This document shows positions 36,385 to 47,113 of a stretch of 64,000 nucleotides of DNA, piece by piece. The stretch's first letter is position 1, and each line of letters begins with the position of its first letter. A program made the translations under genes and the position numbers. The stretch is from Myxococcota bacterium (GTDB lineage: Bacteria > Myxococcota_A > Polyangia > Nannocystales > Nannocystaceae). The notes beneath the pieces are model-generated. The model had not been told where the DNA came from. It saw nothing but the letters and a program-made list of their open reading frames with translations, and searched no databases. The stretch covers positions 576,001 to 640,000 of the forward strand of contig JBCCHT010000001.1 of the NCBI GenBank assembly GCA_039028615.1, written 5' to 3'.

Positions 36385-38550
36385 ATGCCCTCCTCCTCGA
36401 CCCGGGCCTCCGCCCCCGCCGTGCTCGCCGCCTTGGTGGGGCTCGTGGCCGTGGCGTGGCTGGTGCCTGGCTTGGGCGACTACGGGCTGTGGAGCGACGT
36501 CGAGCTGCCCGCCATGGACCGAGTCCGGGCCGCGCTCGGGGCAGCCATGAGCGACCTCGAGCGGCACCCCTGGCTGCCCGAGCTGCTGCGCACGAAAAGC
36601 TACGCCCAGTTCGAGGGTGAGTTCGGTCTCCGGCTGCCGCACGCCCTGGCCGCCGCCGCGCTGGTCGCCATGAGCACGGGCCTGGCCCGCGCCCGGGGAG
36701 CCACGCTCGGTGTGTCGCTGCTCGCGGGGGCCTTCGCGCTGGCCTTCCCCGCCGTCGCGGTGGCGGGACGCACCACCCTGGGCAACCCGATCGGCGAGGT
36801 CCTGGCCACGGGCGCGGTGCTCAGCGGCCTGATCGCGCTGCGCACCGACGGCACGGCGCGGGCGCTGAGCTGGGCCGTCGCCTCCGCGAGCCTGCTCGCC
36901 GTGTCGATCGCCAGCGCGGGCCTGGCCATCGGCGGTGCCCTGCCCTTGGCCGTGCTCGCGGCCGCCAGCTCGCTGGGCGAGCCCAGCCGCCGCTCCACCC
37001 GGCTGACGATCCTGCTATCGCTGGCAGCCGCGGTCGCGCTGGGCCTGGCCATTCGACTCTCGCTCGACCAGGGCGACGGCTACATCCCCGTCCTGGGGGC
37101 AGCCAAAGATCTCGACCTCATCGACAAGCCGGAGAACCGTCGCTTCGCCTCGAGCCTCGAGGACCTCGGCTACATCCTCTACCCCTGGGGCCCCGTCGCC
37201 ATCGCGGGCGCCCTGCTCGGTCGTCGCGACCGCCTCCCTGCCCTGTGGATGGGCCTGGGCGTCGTGCTGGTGAGCGGCTGGAGCCTCGTCTACGGCGGAC
37301 CGCAGCCGCTGCCCATCACCGTCCCCGCTGCCCTGTGCTGCGTGGCCTTGGCGGAGTGGATGCTCGACGAACGCACCGATCGCAACGCCCGTCGGGCCGC
37401 GCTGGCGGTGGTGGTGCTCGCGATGCTGGTGATCCGCAAGGACGGCGAGAGCACCCCCGGTCGCGTCTCGGTGCCGCTGCACGCCTTCGAGGGCGAGCAC
37501 ACCTTCCCCGCCGACCGTGTCGAGGCTCCCGAGCGCCTGAAGGCAATCGGCGGCATCGCGCTGCTCGCCCTGCTCGGCGCGGCCCTGCTCACCCCGCCCG
37601 GAGGCCCCCTGCGGCGCCGAGACGAGCTTTTGGCCCGGCTGCCCGAGCGCCTGCGCCAGGGTGCTCCGCTCGGCCTGCTCGCTGCGGCGGCGCTCTTCGG
37701 CGGGCATGGCTACGCGCACCAGCTGATCCCGCAGATCTGCGATTTTCTCTCGCCGCGGGCCCTGCTCGATCACCACCGCGCGCTGGTCGACCAAGGGCAC
37801 GTCATCGCCCAGCTCGGCAACCATCGCGTGCGCGACGAAGGCCTCGCTCAGTACGGCCCCGGCGACGTCATCTCGATCTCCAGCCGCCGCGAGCTGGCCA
37901 AGTACCTGGCCGCCGACGAGGGCCGGGCCGCCATCATCCGCGACCGCGACCTGCCGCCGCTGTTCCAAAACCACCGCCAGAACGACTGGCCGCTGTACGT
38001 GCTGAGCGATCGGCACTCGCACCTCCGCCTCGTCTCCAACCGGCTCCCCGAGGGCGCGCAGAACTTCGACCGCATCCCCGAGGTGCTCTTCGACGAGCCG
38101 CCGCCGCTGGCCCACCCCACGCTGCTGCGCTTCGAGAACTACATCGAGATCATCGGCTGGGAGGTCACCGATCCCATCGTGCGGGGCCAAGAGGTCGAGA
38201 TGCAGCTGGCCATTCGCGTGCTGCGGGCGCTGCCTGGCGGCACCAAGCTGTACGCGCGCTTCCTGATGGACCGGACCAGCCGGCTCAACACCGACCCGCA
38301 CGACCTCACCGACGACGTCTACCCGCCCAACCTGTGGCGCGAGGGCGACTTCATCCTGCACCGCTTCACCTTCAAGGCGCCGCTGCTCGAGATTCAGCCC
38401 GGCCCGCACGAGCTGGTGCTGGGCCTGCGGCGCGGCGAGAAGCAGAACTTCGACATCTCGATCCCCGAGGGCAAGAAGGGCGAGCACGGCGTTCGGGTTC
38501 GGGACAAGAAGCGGAACTTCGCCCGGATCGGCGCGGTCGAGGTCTGGTGA
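36385..38550 (+). CDS. Polytopic membrane protein, ArnT/PMT (GT-C)-like, with extracytoplasmic C-terminal domain
   Basis: LGDYGLWSDVE after TM1, EFGLRLPHAL, YPWG, many TM helices; C-terminal YPPNLWREGD. Confidence 0.65.
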   Translation: MPSSSTRASAPAVLAALVGLVAVAWLVPGLGDYGLWSDVELPAMDRVRAALGAAMSDLERHPWLPELLRTKSYAQFEGEFGLRLPHALAAAALVAMSTGLARARGATLGVSLLAGAFALAFPAVAVAGRTTLGNPIGEVLATGAVLSGLIALRTDGTARALSWAVASASLLAVSIASAGLAIGGALPLAVLAAASSLGEPSRRSTRLTILLSLAAAVALGLAIRLSLDQGDGYIPVLGAAKDLDLIDKPENRRFASSLEDLGYILYPWGPVAIAGALLGRRDRLPALWMGLGVVLVSGWSLVYGGPQPLPITVPAALCCVALAEWMLDERTDRNARRAALAVVVLAMLVIRKDGESTPGRVSVPLHAFEGEHTFPADRVEAPERLKAIGGIALLALLGAALLTPPGGPLRRRDELLARLPERLRQGAPLGLLAAAALFGGHGYAHQLIPQICDFLSPRALLDHHRALVDQGHVIAQLGNHRVRDEGLAQYGPGDVISISSRRELAKYLAADEGRAAIIRDRDLPPLFQNHRQNDWPLYVLSDRHSHLRLVSNRLPEGAQNFDRIPEVLFDEPPPLAHPTLLRFENYIEIIGWEVTDPIVRGQEVEMQLAIRVLRALPGGTKLYARFLMDRTSRLNTDPHDLTDDVYPPNLWREGDFILHRFTFKAPLLEIQPGPHELVLGLRRGEKQNFDISIPEGKKGEHGVRVRDKKRNFARIGAVEVW

Positions 38551-38585
38551 GGCCCGCGCAGCGGTTTTTTTGCTAGGGATCGGGC

Positions 38586-39113
38586 GTGACGTCCCGCCCC
38601 CGGTCCTCGTCTCGTCTGCTCCTGGCCGCCTTCGCGGCGGGCGTCGCTACCCTGGTGGCCGCCTGCAAGCCCGGGCCGCCCCCGCCGACCGCTCCCAGCC
38701 CGCTCGTCCAGAAGGAGCTGCCCAAGTTCTCGCGGGCGCCCCTGGCCGGGCCCAAGGTCGACACCGAGGCCCTGCGCGGGCAGGTGGTCGTCATCAAGTT
38801 CTTCGCCAAGTACTGCGAGCCCTGCAAGCGCACGCTGCCCGCCGCCGAGGCCTTGCACCGCAAGCACCCCGACGTCGCCTTCGTCGGCATCTCCGAGGAC
38901 GAGTACGCCACCGATGCCCAGTCGCTGGTGCAGGCCTACGGCCTGTCGTTCCCCGTCATCCACGACCAGGGCAACGTGCTCGCGGGGCGCTTCCGCGTCA
39001 GTGAGATGCCCGTGACCTTCGTGGTCGACGGCCAGGGCGTCGTGCAGTGGGTCGGCGGACCCGGCCAGGGCGAAAAAGACCTCGAAGCCGCCATCGCGGC
39101 CTTCAGCGGCTAA
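38586..39113 (+). CDS. TlpA/ResA-like thiol-disulfide oxidoreductase, lipoprotein
   Basis: LRGQVVVIKFFAKYCEPC, cis-Pro MPVTFVVD; VAAC lipobox. Confidence 0.9.
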   Translation: MTSRPRSSSRLLLAAFAAGVATLVAACKPGPPPPTAPSPLVQKELPKFSRAPLAGPKVDTEALRGQVVVIKFFAKYCEPCKRTLPAAEALHRKHPDVAFVGISEDEYATDAQSLVQAYGLSFPVIHDQGNVLAGRFRVSEMPVTFVVDGQGVVQWVGGPGQGEKDLEAAIAAFSG

Positions 39114-39958
39114 GCGTCTTCATCCGCGGCCTTGGGCTTGCCCGGCGAGCGAGCGAAGAACTCCCGCAGGATCTTCTGCTCCACTCGCCCGCGCATTCGG
39201 GCGAGCACGACGAAGCGCACCGTCAGCTCGATGCGGTCGGGCGCCACGATCTGGATCCACACCCGAGGCACCGCCGAGGGCGGCTCGATGTGGCGAGCCC
39301 GAGCCATCTCGCCCAGCGCCGCTTCGGCCGGGGCTCGAAACTCCTCCGTCTCCTCCCGCGTCACCGCGAGCAGGCGCTCCTCGGTCGCCTTCACGTCGGC
39401 TTCGTCGCTCACCGGAACCACGAAGGTGTGGAACACGAACTCCTTGGCGAACGACTCGTTGGCGAAGGACTGGGTGAGGAACACGCTATTGGGCAGCACC
39501 ACCACGCGCCCGGTCGCCTGGTGAATCGAGGTGCCGGGTCCGATCTCGAGCAGCGTGGTCGTCAGCGCGCCGATGTCGATCACGTCCCCGCGCACGCCCG
39601 CGATCTCGATGCGGTCCCCGACCTTGAGGTAGCCGTTGCTCGTCCGCAGCACGGAGCCCGTGATGCAGGTGATGAGTTCCTTGGTCGCGAGCACCAACGC
39701 CGCGGCCAGGGCGATCATCGAGACGGCCACGCCTCGGATCTGGTCGGCCCAGATCACGCCCACGCCGGCCAGGAAGATGGCGATGGCGACGTTGCGCAGG
39801 ACGATCCGCCACCGTCGGCGAATCTCCATCGGCAGCTCGGCCGCCCGTAGCTGACGCAGGGCGGTCGCGCGCAGCAGCACGACGAGCAGCAGCAGCGTGG
39901 CCGTGGAGGCCACCGCCGCCAGCGTCGTCCCTTCAAGGTTCTCGAGGAATTGCTGCAC
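39110..39958 (-). CDS. Small-conductance mechanosensitive channel (MscS family)
   Basis: LATKELI, KVGDRIEIAGVRGDVIDIG, LPNS. Confidence 0.9.
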   Translation of the reverse strand: MQQFLENLEGTTLAAVASTATLLLLVVLLRATALRQLRAAELPMEIRRRWRIVLRNVAIAIFLAGVGVIWADQIRGVAVSMIALAAALVLATKELITCITGSVLRTSNGYLKVGDRIEIAGVRGDVIDIGALTTTLLEIGPGTSIHQATGRVVVLPNSVFLTQSFANESFAKEFVFHTFVVPVSDEADVKATEERLLAVTREETEEFRAPAEAALGEMARARHIEPPSAVPRVWIQIVAPDRIELTVRFVVLARMRGRVEQKILREFFARSPGKPKAADEDA

Positions 39959-39997
39959 GGTCGCACTGCGGGCGGCCGGTGTCGACCGCCCGGAGGG

Positions 39998-40771
39998 TCA
40001 GTTGCTCGGAGCGCAGCCGCAGACGCCCGAAGTCACGATGCACTCGGTGTCTTCGAGCTCGGTGCACGGCGTGCCCGAGTCACAGCTGGGGCACTCGACG
40101 CAGGCAGCCGACGACCCGTCGCCCGCCACGGCATACACGTGCACGGAGAAGCCCGACGCCGTCGGTCGCTCACAGCAGAAACTCCGTCCTTCGGCGGTAT
40201 CGACCTGCTCGGTCCCGCTGGAGCAGCCGCCGTCGGTGGTGCACCCCGGCTGCGCGCCGACTGCACATCCCGGGTCGCTGTCGGGACGGCACCAGCCGTC
40301 CTCCTCCTCCTGCTCCTCTTTCCGAGTCTCGGCCTCGGCGCTCTCTGCCTCCTGCTCGAGCGTGCGGGTGCAGGTGAACCCGGCCCCACAGGCCGCGTCG
40401 CCATCGCAAGGTTCGTTCTGGATCTCGTTGCCGATGCACGCCGCCGTGCCCGACGCCGCATCGACGGCGACGAGGTCGGTCCCCGAAGGACAGCAGTAGC
40501 AGTCCTGCGGGTTGTCGAGGCTACACACCGAGGTCAGGAAGTTGTCGCAGGTGCCGTCCCCGTTCGTGGAGCAGCCTTCCTGCTGGCCGACGGCGCACTG
40601 GCCATCGTCACGGCACAGCCCGACCTGCGAGTTGTGCACCGTCTTGACGCAGGTGTAGGCGCCCAAGCAGTCGTCGTTGGATTCGCAAGGCGCGTTGGCC
40701 AGGGCGTCGTCCAGCGAGCAGCTGAACGAAGCGGCCAGCGCGAGTCCGATGAGGGCAACGAAGCGCAACAT
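39998..40771 (-). CDS. Cys-rich lipoprotein of unknown function
   Basis: SFSC lipobox; internally duplicated PCxxxxxC..xTC...GxCR..D..CAVG.Q.GC.T module; GGAGG RBS. Confidence 0.75.
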   Translation of the reverse strand: MLRFVALIGLALAASFSCSLDDALANAPCESNDDCLGAYTCVKTVHNSQVGLCRDDGQCAVGQQEGCSTNGDGTCDNFLTSVCSLDNPQDCYCCPSGTDLVAVDAASGTAACIGNEIQNEPCDGDAACGAGFTCTRTLEQEAESAEAETRKEEQEEEDGWCRPDSDPGCAVGAQPGCTTDGGCSSGTEQVDTAEGRSFCCERPTASGFSVHVYAVAGDGSSAACVECPSCDSGTPCTELEDTECIVTSGVCGCAPSN

Positions 40772-40785
40772 GATCGCAAAGCCTC

Positions 40786-41982
40786 CTAGAATCGCCCCTG
40801 GACGGTGAAGCCGGCCATGCCGGGCAGCCACGCGGGGCCGAAGGCCATGGCGTGGCGCGCCTTGAGGTTCTTGGTCCGAATGCCGCCCCAGATGGCCATA
40901 CCGAGCCCGGCCGCCGCGACCCCGGCCCCGACGTAGGTCAGGGTGAGCCCGGTCCGGGCCCCGCTGATGTTGGACTGTCGATCGGGAGAGACGGTGTCGT
41001 TGCCGACCTCGGCCGACAGCGAGTCTCGGTTCGAGCTGAACATCCGCGCGCCGACGCCCAGGACCCCCAATCCGCCCAGCGCTCCGATGTAGCCGGTATA
41101 GGTGAGGATCTTGGCGTTGCGGAGCTTCTTCTCGTAGTCGGGATCGACGACCACATCGGGGCCGTTGTCCGCGCTGCCCGAAGACCCGTTCGATGCGGTG
41201 GTGCTGGCGGGCGAACTGAAGATGCGATCGATGGGCACGACCTCGACCCGAAGCAGGGCCGCACAGCCCTCGGGCGGAACGTCGTCGGAGGTGCTGGCCC
41301 CGACGCAGGCCTGACCGTCACCATCGGACTTGAGCACCTCTTGCTCGGAGCTCGAAGACGCCCCGACGCCGACGTTGTGCGTCTTGGCGGCGGCCCCGAC
41401 CTCGGCCGCGGCTCCGCTGTAGAACGAGAACGCCCCGACGGTGAGCCCGGTGATCACGTGGGTGGCGTTGTCGCAGCGGCCTTCGAGGTCGCGCTCGTTG
41501 AAGACGTTCTTGTCGGCCTCGCGACGACCGACGATGACCATGTCGACGTTCAGCTCACCCGCGCGCTCGAGCTTGGCCTCGAGGCCCGCGGCACCGACCG
41601 GCAGCTGGGCATAAAGCTCGTCGGCGTTGCTGATCTTCACCCCCTCGCGCTTCTGCGTGAGGCCGACGTATTCGTAAGCGCCGCCCACCGTGCAGGTGGT
41701 GAGCACTTCCATCTCGCAGCCCTGGTAGCGCACGGCGACCAGGCCTCGAGACGACCGTGCCTCGAGGGCAGCGCGCTCGGCGGCTGGCCACTCGACCACG
41801 AGCGGCTTGGCAGTGCTGGAGCGGACGCCGCACTTGGCCTCCCCCGTGGCGGACTCCATGGTGGGGGCCTGCGTGAGTTCGCTGGCCGCGGCGCCGGGCT
41901 TTTTGCATCCCGGTGCCAGCAGCGCGAGACAACAGCTCACGGCGAGGCCGCGACGAGCGGCGGTAGTGATGATGGGCGGCAT
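40786..41982 (-). CDS. Myxobacterial lipoprotein with C-terminal hydrophobic helices and a GRF terminus
   Basis: APGC lipobox; PLVVEW, VAVRYQGC, CDNATHVI; Gly-rich hydrophobic segments. Confidence 0.75.
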   Translation of the reverse strand: MPPIITTAARRGLAVSCCLALLAPGCKKPGAAASELTQAPTMESATGEAKCGVRSSTAKPLVVEWPAAERAALEARSSRGLVAVRYQGCEMEVLTTCTVGGAYEYVGLTQKREGVKISNADELYAQLPVGAAGLEAKLERAGELNVDMVIVGRREADKNVFNERDLEGRCDNATHVITGLTVGAFSFYSGAAAEVGAAAKTHNVGVGASSSSEQEVLKSDGDGQACVGASTSDDVPPEGCAALLRVEVVPIDRIFSSPASTTASNGSSGSADNGPDVVVDPDYEKKLRNAKILTYTGYIGALGGLGVLGVGARMFSSNRDSLSAEVGNDTVSPDRQSNISGARTGLTLTYVGAGVAAAGLGMAIWGGIRTKNLKARHAMAFGPAWLPGMAGFTVQGRF

Positions 41983-42167
41983 TGGGGCGTTGCGAGGATA
42001 GACGCACCTCTGACGGACGACCAAGCCCCGCGTTGCAGCCACAGGGCCGATTTGGTGCCCAATTCGAGCCAACCCGGCCGTGAGCGCACGCAACGCCATT
42101 CGCCGCCGTTCACCGCCCCGTTCGCCAACTTGTGCCGTGCTCGCGCCAGCGAGACCATGCCGCGCAA

Positions 42168-43190
<1,023 letters not shown>

Positions 43191-43221
43191 CGCCTGCCGA
43201 CTTCACGCCTCTTCGAACGAG

Positions 43222-43253
43222 CGACGCCCGAGCCTCACCTGGCCCGGGCGTCG
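43222..43253. terminator. Hairpin between convergent genes
   Basis: cgacgcccg...cgggcgtcg inverted repeat. Confidence 0.45.
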
Positions 43254-43275
43254 TCGCGTTTGCCCTGCGATCGGC

Positions 43276-44184
43276 CTACGGAAGCACGCAGACGCCGACG
43301 TTCTCGAACCCCGGCGGGGCCGCGTCGACCGTGCCGAAGAACGAGATGCACTCGTCTGGGTCCGCGCACTGCGGGTCGCTCAGGTCGCAGTACGGCGTGC
43401 AGCAGTTGACGTCCATGCAGCCCGCGCTGTTGGGGCCGCACCACTGACCGGGATCGCACGAGTTCTCGCCGTGCTCCGGCGGACACGGGTCCCCGTCGAC
43501 CCCCGCGGCCCCAGACGCATCGCTGAAGCAGATGAAGGTCTGGTTGGGGGTGTCGATGCAGGACTGTCCGGCGGGGCAGTCTTGCAGCAAGGGATCACAG
43601 CCCGGCAGACACAGGGGCAGCACGCCATCGTTGTAGACGGCACAGGCGTCCCCGGAGGCGCACTCGAGGTCTTCACCCGAGCAGAAGGCCGTGCACACCC
43701 CGATGTTCTTCTCGTTGGTGTTCAGGCAGATGTGGGCGTGGTCGCAGTCGTCGATACCGCTGACGCCGTTGCCCTCGACCGTGCACGAGTCGCCCGCCAG
43801 CCCGGTGCCGATCACCTCGACGCAGCGGTTGGCGTTCCAGAAGGTGCCGCCATCGTTGGCCCAGCCCGTGCATTTTTCGCCCTTGGGGCAGTCCTGCAGC
43901 GTGGGGTCACACTCGTTGGCGCCACCGCCATCGGGGGTCATGACGAAGCTGCCCTCGTCCGAGCCCTCCCCGGTGTCTACCGGGCCCTCGTCGGCAACGC
44001 CCGTCTCCGCCTCGTTACTACTGGTCGCTCCCGGATTCCCGGACGGGGGGACCAACGTCGTGCCATCACCGCCGCCGCCGGTACTCGCTGCTGCCGTCGT
44101 CGTGGCTTCGTCCGCCGGCGTCCCGCATGCGGCGAGCAGCCCGGCCAACCCCAAAACCCAAGCGCGTTCATGCCATGCCCTCAT
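43276..44184 (-). CDS. Cys-rich myxobacterial lipoprotein (CDPxxQDCP repeat type)
   Basis: LAAC lipobox, Thr/Gly linker, CDPTLQDCPKGEKC and CDPLLQDCPAGQSC, CCTPYCD. Confidence 0.8.
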   Translation of the reverse strand: MRAWHERAWVLGLAGLLAACGTPADEATTTAAASTGGGGDGTTLVPPSGNPGATSSNEAETGVADEGPVDTGEGSDEGSFVMTPDGGGANECDPTLQDCPKGEKCTGWANDGGTFWNANRCVEVIGTGLAGDSCTVEGNGVSGIDDCDHAHICLNTNEKNIGVCTAFCSGEDLECASGDACAVYNDGVLPLCLPGCDPLLQDCPAGQSCIDTPNQTFICFSDASGAAGVDGDPCPPEHGENSCDPGQWCGPNSAGCMDVNCCTPYCDLSDPQCADPDECISFFGTVDAAPPGFENVGVCVLP

Positions 44185-44282
44185 GGCGTCCACTGTCCAA
44201 CACCTGGGGCTGGAGGCCAATTCCCTTTTCGCGCCGACAGGACCTGGCGCGAAGGGCGAGCGCGGGCGCTATGCTCTGCACC

Positions 44283-45956
44283 GTGCCGCGAGCCCCCGCA
44301 TCGGTCCCCGTCCCCACGGGACCGGCTTGGCCCGAGATTCGGGGGCGCCCCATCGACGATGATCGCGGCCTGCAGCGCGTGGTCGACTCGCTCCGCCAAC
44401 TGGCGCCCAAGGCCATTGGGCTGTGGATTGGGCCCGATCCCACCGCGGGTCGTCACGCCGCCGACGACTGGCGATCGGGCAGTCCCGGCTTGCTGGGCTT
44501 GGCCGCGATGCGTAGCGAGCCCGACACTTTCGACAGCTGGGTCCTCGATCCCAAGCGAGACCTCGATGCGCGGATCCTGCTGTCGTGGCTGGCGGAAGAC
44601 ACCGCGCCATATGTGGTGACGCACGGCGCTCAGATCACCGTGCATCGCCTGAAGGACTGGGCCGGCGACTCCGGTGCCCCCATGCCCGCGCGCGTCGGCT
44701 GCACGCAGATCGCCGCGGTACTGCTCGCCGAAGGAGCGCGTCGTCGACCGACCGCGCTCGGTGAATGCGTCAGCCGAGGCCTCGACCGCCCCTGGCCCTT
44801 CGAGGAGCCCAGCTTGCCGCTGGCGGGGCCCGACCAGTCGCTCGTGGCCACGACCTCGGCCGCGGTCCTCGTGCCGCTCATGCGGGCCCTGACGCCCATG
44901 TTGCGCCGTCGCGATCTGGCCCGGGTCTACGACCTCGAGTGTCACCTCGTGCCCGCCGTGGTCGACATGGAGCGGGCGGGCATCGGAGTGGACGCCGAGG
45001 CCTTCCAGCGCATCGCGGACTCGTGGGCGGCGGAGCAGCCCACCGCCACCGATCCCGATCGTCAGGCCCGGCTCGCCAAGCTGCTGTCGACCTACGCCCG
45101 CTGGCCTCGCGACTACATGAACGAGGGCCGGATCCACTGCCGGCTGCACCCGCTCACCACCGACTCGGGGCGCTTTTCGTGCACCGAGCCCAACCTCCAG
45201 CAGGTCCCCGGCCCTCACGTGGCGCCCGGCGTTCGGGCGTGCTTCGGAGCCGCCCCGGGCATGGCGCTCATCATCGCCGACTATTCACAAATCGAGCTAC
45301 GGGTCGCGGCTCACCTCGCGCCGTGTGACGCGATGCGGGCCGTGTTCCGCGAGGGGCGAGACCCCCACCGCGCCACCGCGGCCACCTTGGCGGGCAAGCC
45401 CGAGCCCGAGGTGACCTCCCGCGAGCGCCAGCTGGCCAAGGCGGTCAACTTCGGGTTCCTGTTCGGCATGGGGGCGCCGCGCTTTCGCAGCTACGCGCAC
45501 AGCAGCTACGGCCTCGAGCTCGACATGAACGAGGCCCGGCGCGCTCGCGAAGCATTCCTGCGCACCTTCCCCGGCATTGCGCGGTGGCACGACAAAGTCG
45601 GTCGGCTCGGTCGGGACTCCAGCAAATCGGTCACCGTTCGCACCGTGCTCGGCCGACGCAAGCGCTTCGAGGCGGGCAAGGTCTCGTTCAACGCCGCGCT
45701 CAACATCCCCGTCCAGGGCACGGCCGCCGAGGGCTTCAAGCTCGCGATGACCCGGCTGCCTCCGCGACTGGCGGACATCGGCGGGCGCGGAGTCTTGTGC
45801 GTGCACGACGAATACCTGGCCGAAGTCCCGCTCGCCGCAGCCGAGGACGGGCGACGCATCGTGGAGGAAACCATGCGCGAGGCGATGCAGGAGATCGTCA
45901 CCAGCGTCCCCATCGAGGTCGAGGCCCACATCGCTCGAACCTGGGCCGACAAGTAG
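44283..45956 (+). CDS. Atypical short family A DNA polymerase
   Basis: SGRFSCTEPNLQQVP, motif A ADYSQIELRV, motif B RQLAKAVNFGFLFGMG, NIPVQGTAAE, motif C VHDE. No 5'-3' nuclease domain. Start chosen at GTG 44283. Confidence 0.9.
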   Translation: MPRAPASVPVPTGPAWPEIRGRPIDDDRGLQRVVDSLRQLAPKAIGLWIGPDPTAGRHAADDWRSGSPGLLGLAAMRSEPDTFDSWVLDPKRDLDARILLSWLAEDTAPYVVTHGAQITVHRLKDWAGDSGAPMPARVGCTQIAAVLLAEGARRRPTALGECVSRGLDRPWPFEEPSLPLAGPDQSLVATTSAAVLVPLMRALTPMLRRRDLARVYDLECHLVPAVVDMERAGIGVDAEAFQRIADSWAAEQPTATDPDRQARLAKLLSTYARWPRDYMNEGRIHCRLHPLTTDSGRFSCTEPNLQQVPGPHVAPGVRACFGAAPGMALIIADYSQIELRVAAHLAPCDAMRAVFREGRDPHRATAATLAGKPEPEVTSRERQLAKAVNFGFLFGMGAPRFRSYAHSSYGLELDMNEARRAREAFLRTFPGIARWHDKVGRLGRDSSKSVTVRTVLGRRKRFEAGKVSFNAALNIPVQGTAAEGFKLAMTRLPPRLADIGGRGVLCVHDEYLAEVPLAAAEDGRRIVEETMREAMQEIVTSVPIEVEAHIARTWADK

Positions 45957-46152
45957 TGGCGCTCACGCCGTTTTCACGTTTGGCGCAGAACTTTGAACAA
46001 GCCATGAACAACTCCAATGCGTTGTTCGAGCTGCAATTTCGGCATTTATTGACCAATTGATTGCAGCCTGGAGAACCTGTGCAAAGGGTTTGTCGACTTC
46101 AGGAATCGCGGACCGGGCTCCCCTCCGGCGCACTCCACGAGGACTACGAACC

Positions 46153-47040
46153 ATGCATCTGAAAAGCATCCCCTGCATTGCCCTGGCTCTCCCTCTCGCC
46201 CTCGCCACCGCCTGCGGTGACGACAGCTCGACCACCGACACCGGCAACGACGGCGGCTCGACGACGACCGATACCCCGGGCACCACGACGACGGACGACC
46301 CGGGCACTACGACCACCGACGATCCGCCGGGCACGACGACCACCGACGATCCCACGACCACCGACGATCCGGACTCTTCCTCCGGTGAGCCCCCGGCCGA
46401 CGCCGAGGTCCGCGTCCTGCACCTGGGCGTCAACGCACCCGGCGTAGACATCTTCGCCAACGGCACCGGGCCCGTGTTCGAGAACCTCGAGTTCCGCAAC
46501 AGCACCGACTACGCTCCCGTGCCCGCGGGCGACTACACCTTCGAGGTCTCCGTCACTGGGACGCCGGTCGAGGACGCCGTGCTCGCGCCCGAGCTCACCC
46601 TCGAAGCGGACACGGCCTACACCGCGGTGGCCATCGGCGACCTGAACGAGACCGAGGGTGCGCCGGGCCTGCAGGCCATCGCGCTGGTCGATGACGACGC
46701 CGATCTCGACGCCGCCGACGTGCGCATCACCGTCGTGCACGCCGCCCCGGCCGTCGGTCAGGTCGACATCTGGGAAATCTCGGGCGACCCGATCCCGCTG
46801 ATCGAGGACGTGGACTTCGCCGCGAGCGCGACCCTGGACGACATCCCCGCCGGCCCGCTGGAGATCGGCGTGGACGTCAACGACGACGCCATGCCCGACC
46901 TCACCTTCAGCGTCGACGCGTCCCCGCTGGGCGGCACTCAGCTCAACGTCTTCGCCAACAACGACGAAAACGGCGACGTGGCGCTGGTGATTCAGCTGCC
47001 GGACGGCACCGTGTTGGCCGTCGATCCGAACCCGAGCTGA
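46153..47040 (+). CDS. DUF4397-like lipoprotein
   Basis: ATAC lipobox; VRVLHLGVNAPGVDIFANG and ITVVHAAPAVGQVDI duplicated beta domains. Confidence 0.85.
   Translation: MHLKSIPCIALALPLALATACGDDSSTTDTGNDGGSTTTDTPGTTTTDDPGTTTTDDPPGTTTTDDPTTTDDPDSSSGEPPADAEVRVLHLGVNAPGVDIFANGTGPVFENLEFRNSTDYAPVPAGDYTFEVSVTGTPVEDAVLAPELTLEADTAYTAVAIGDLNETEGAPGLQAIALVDDDADLDAADVRITVVHAAPAVGQVDIWEISGDPIPLIEDVDFAASATLDDIPAGPLEIGVDVNDDAMPDLTFSVDASPLGGTQLNVFANNDENGDVALVIQLPDGTVLAVDPNPS
46261..46371 (+). repeat. Tandem TTT(T)DDP(G) linker repeats
   Basis: Five imperfect acgacgaccgacgatcc units. Confidence 0.8.
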
Positions 47041-47113
47041 CCACTCGGACTCGTCCCTCATCCCACTGCGCCGAGCATGACCCTCTCCTCCCCGGGGTCG
47101 TGCTCGGCGCTGC

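Noticed and set aside
43276..44184. 'Ribulose-phosphate epimerase' label often attached to this kind of Cys-rich protein
   Set aside because: No TIM-barrel RPE motifs; it is a Cys-rich lipoprotein.
44283..45956. Prophage origin for the short polymerase
   Set aside because: No integrase, structural, primase or helicase genes nearby; codon usage looks like the host.
46261..46371. Short tandem repeats as a possible contingency locus
   Set aside because: Imperfect, frame-preserving Thr/Asp/Pro linker typical of these lipoproteins.
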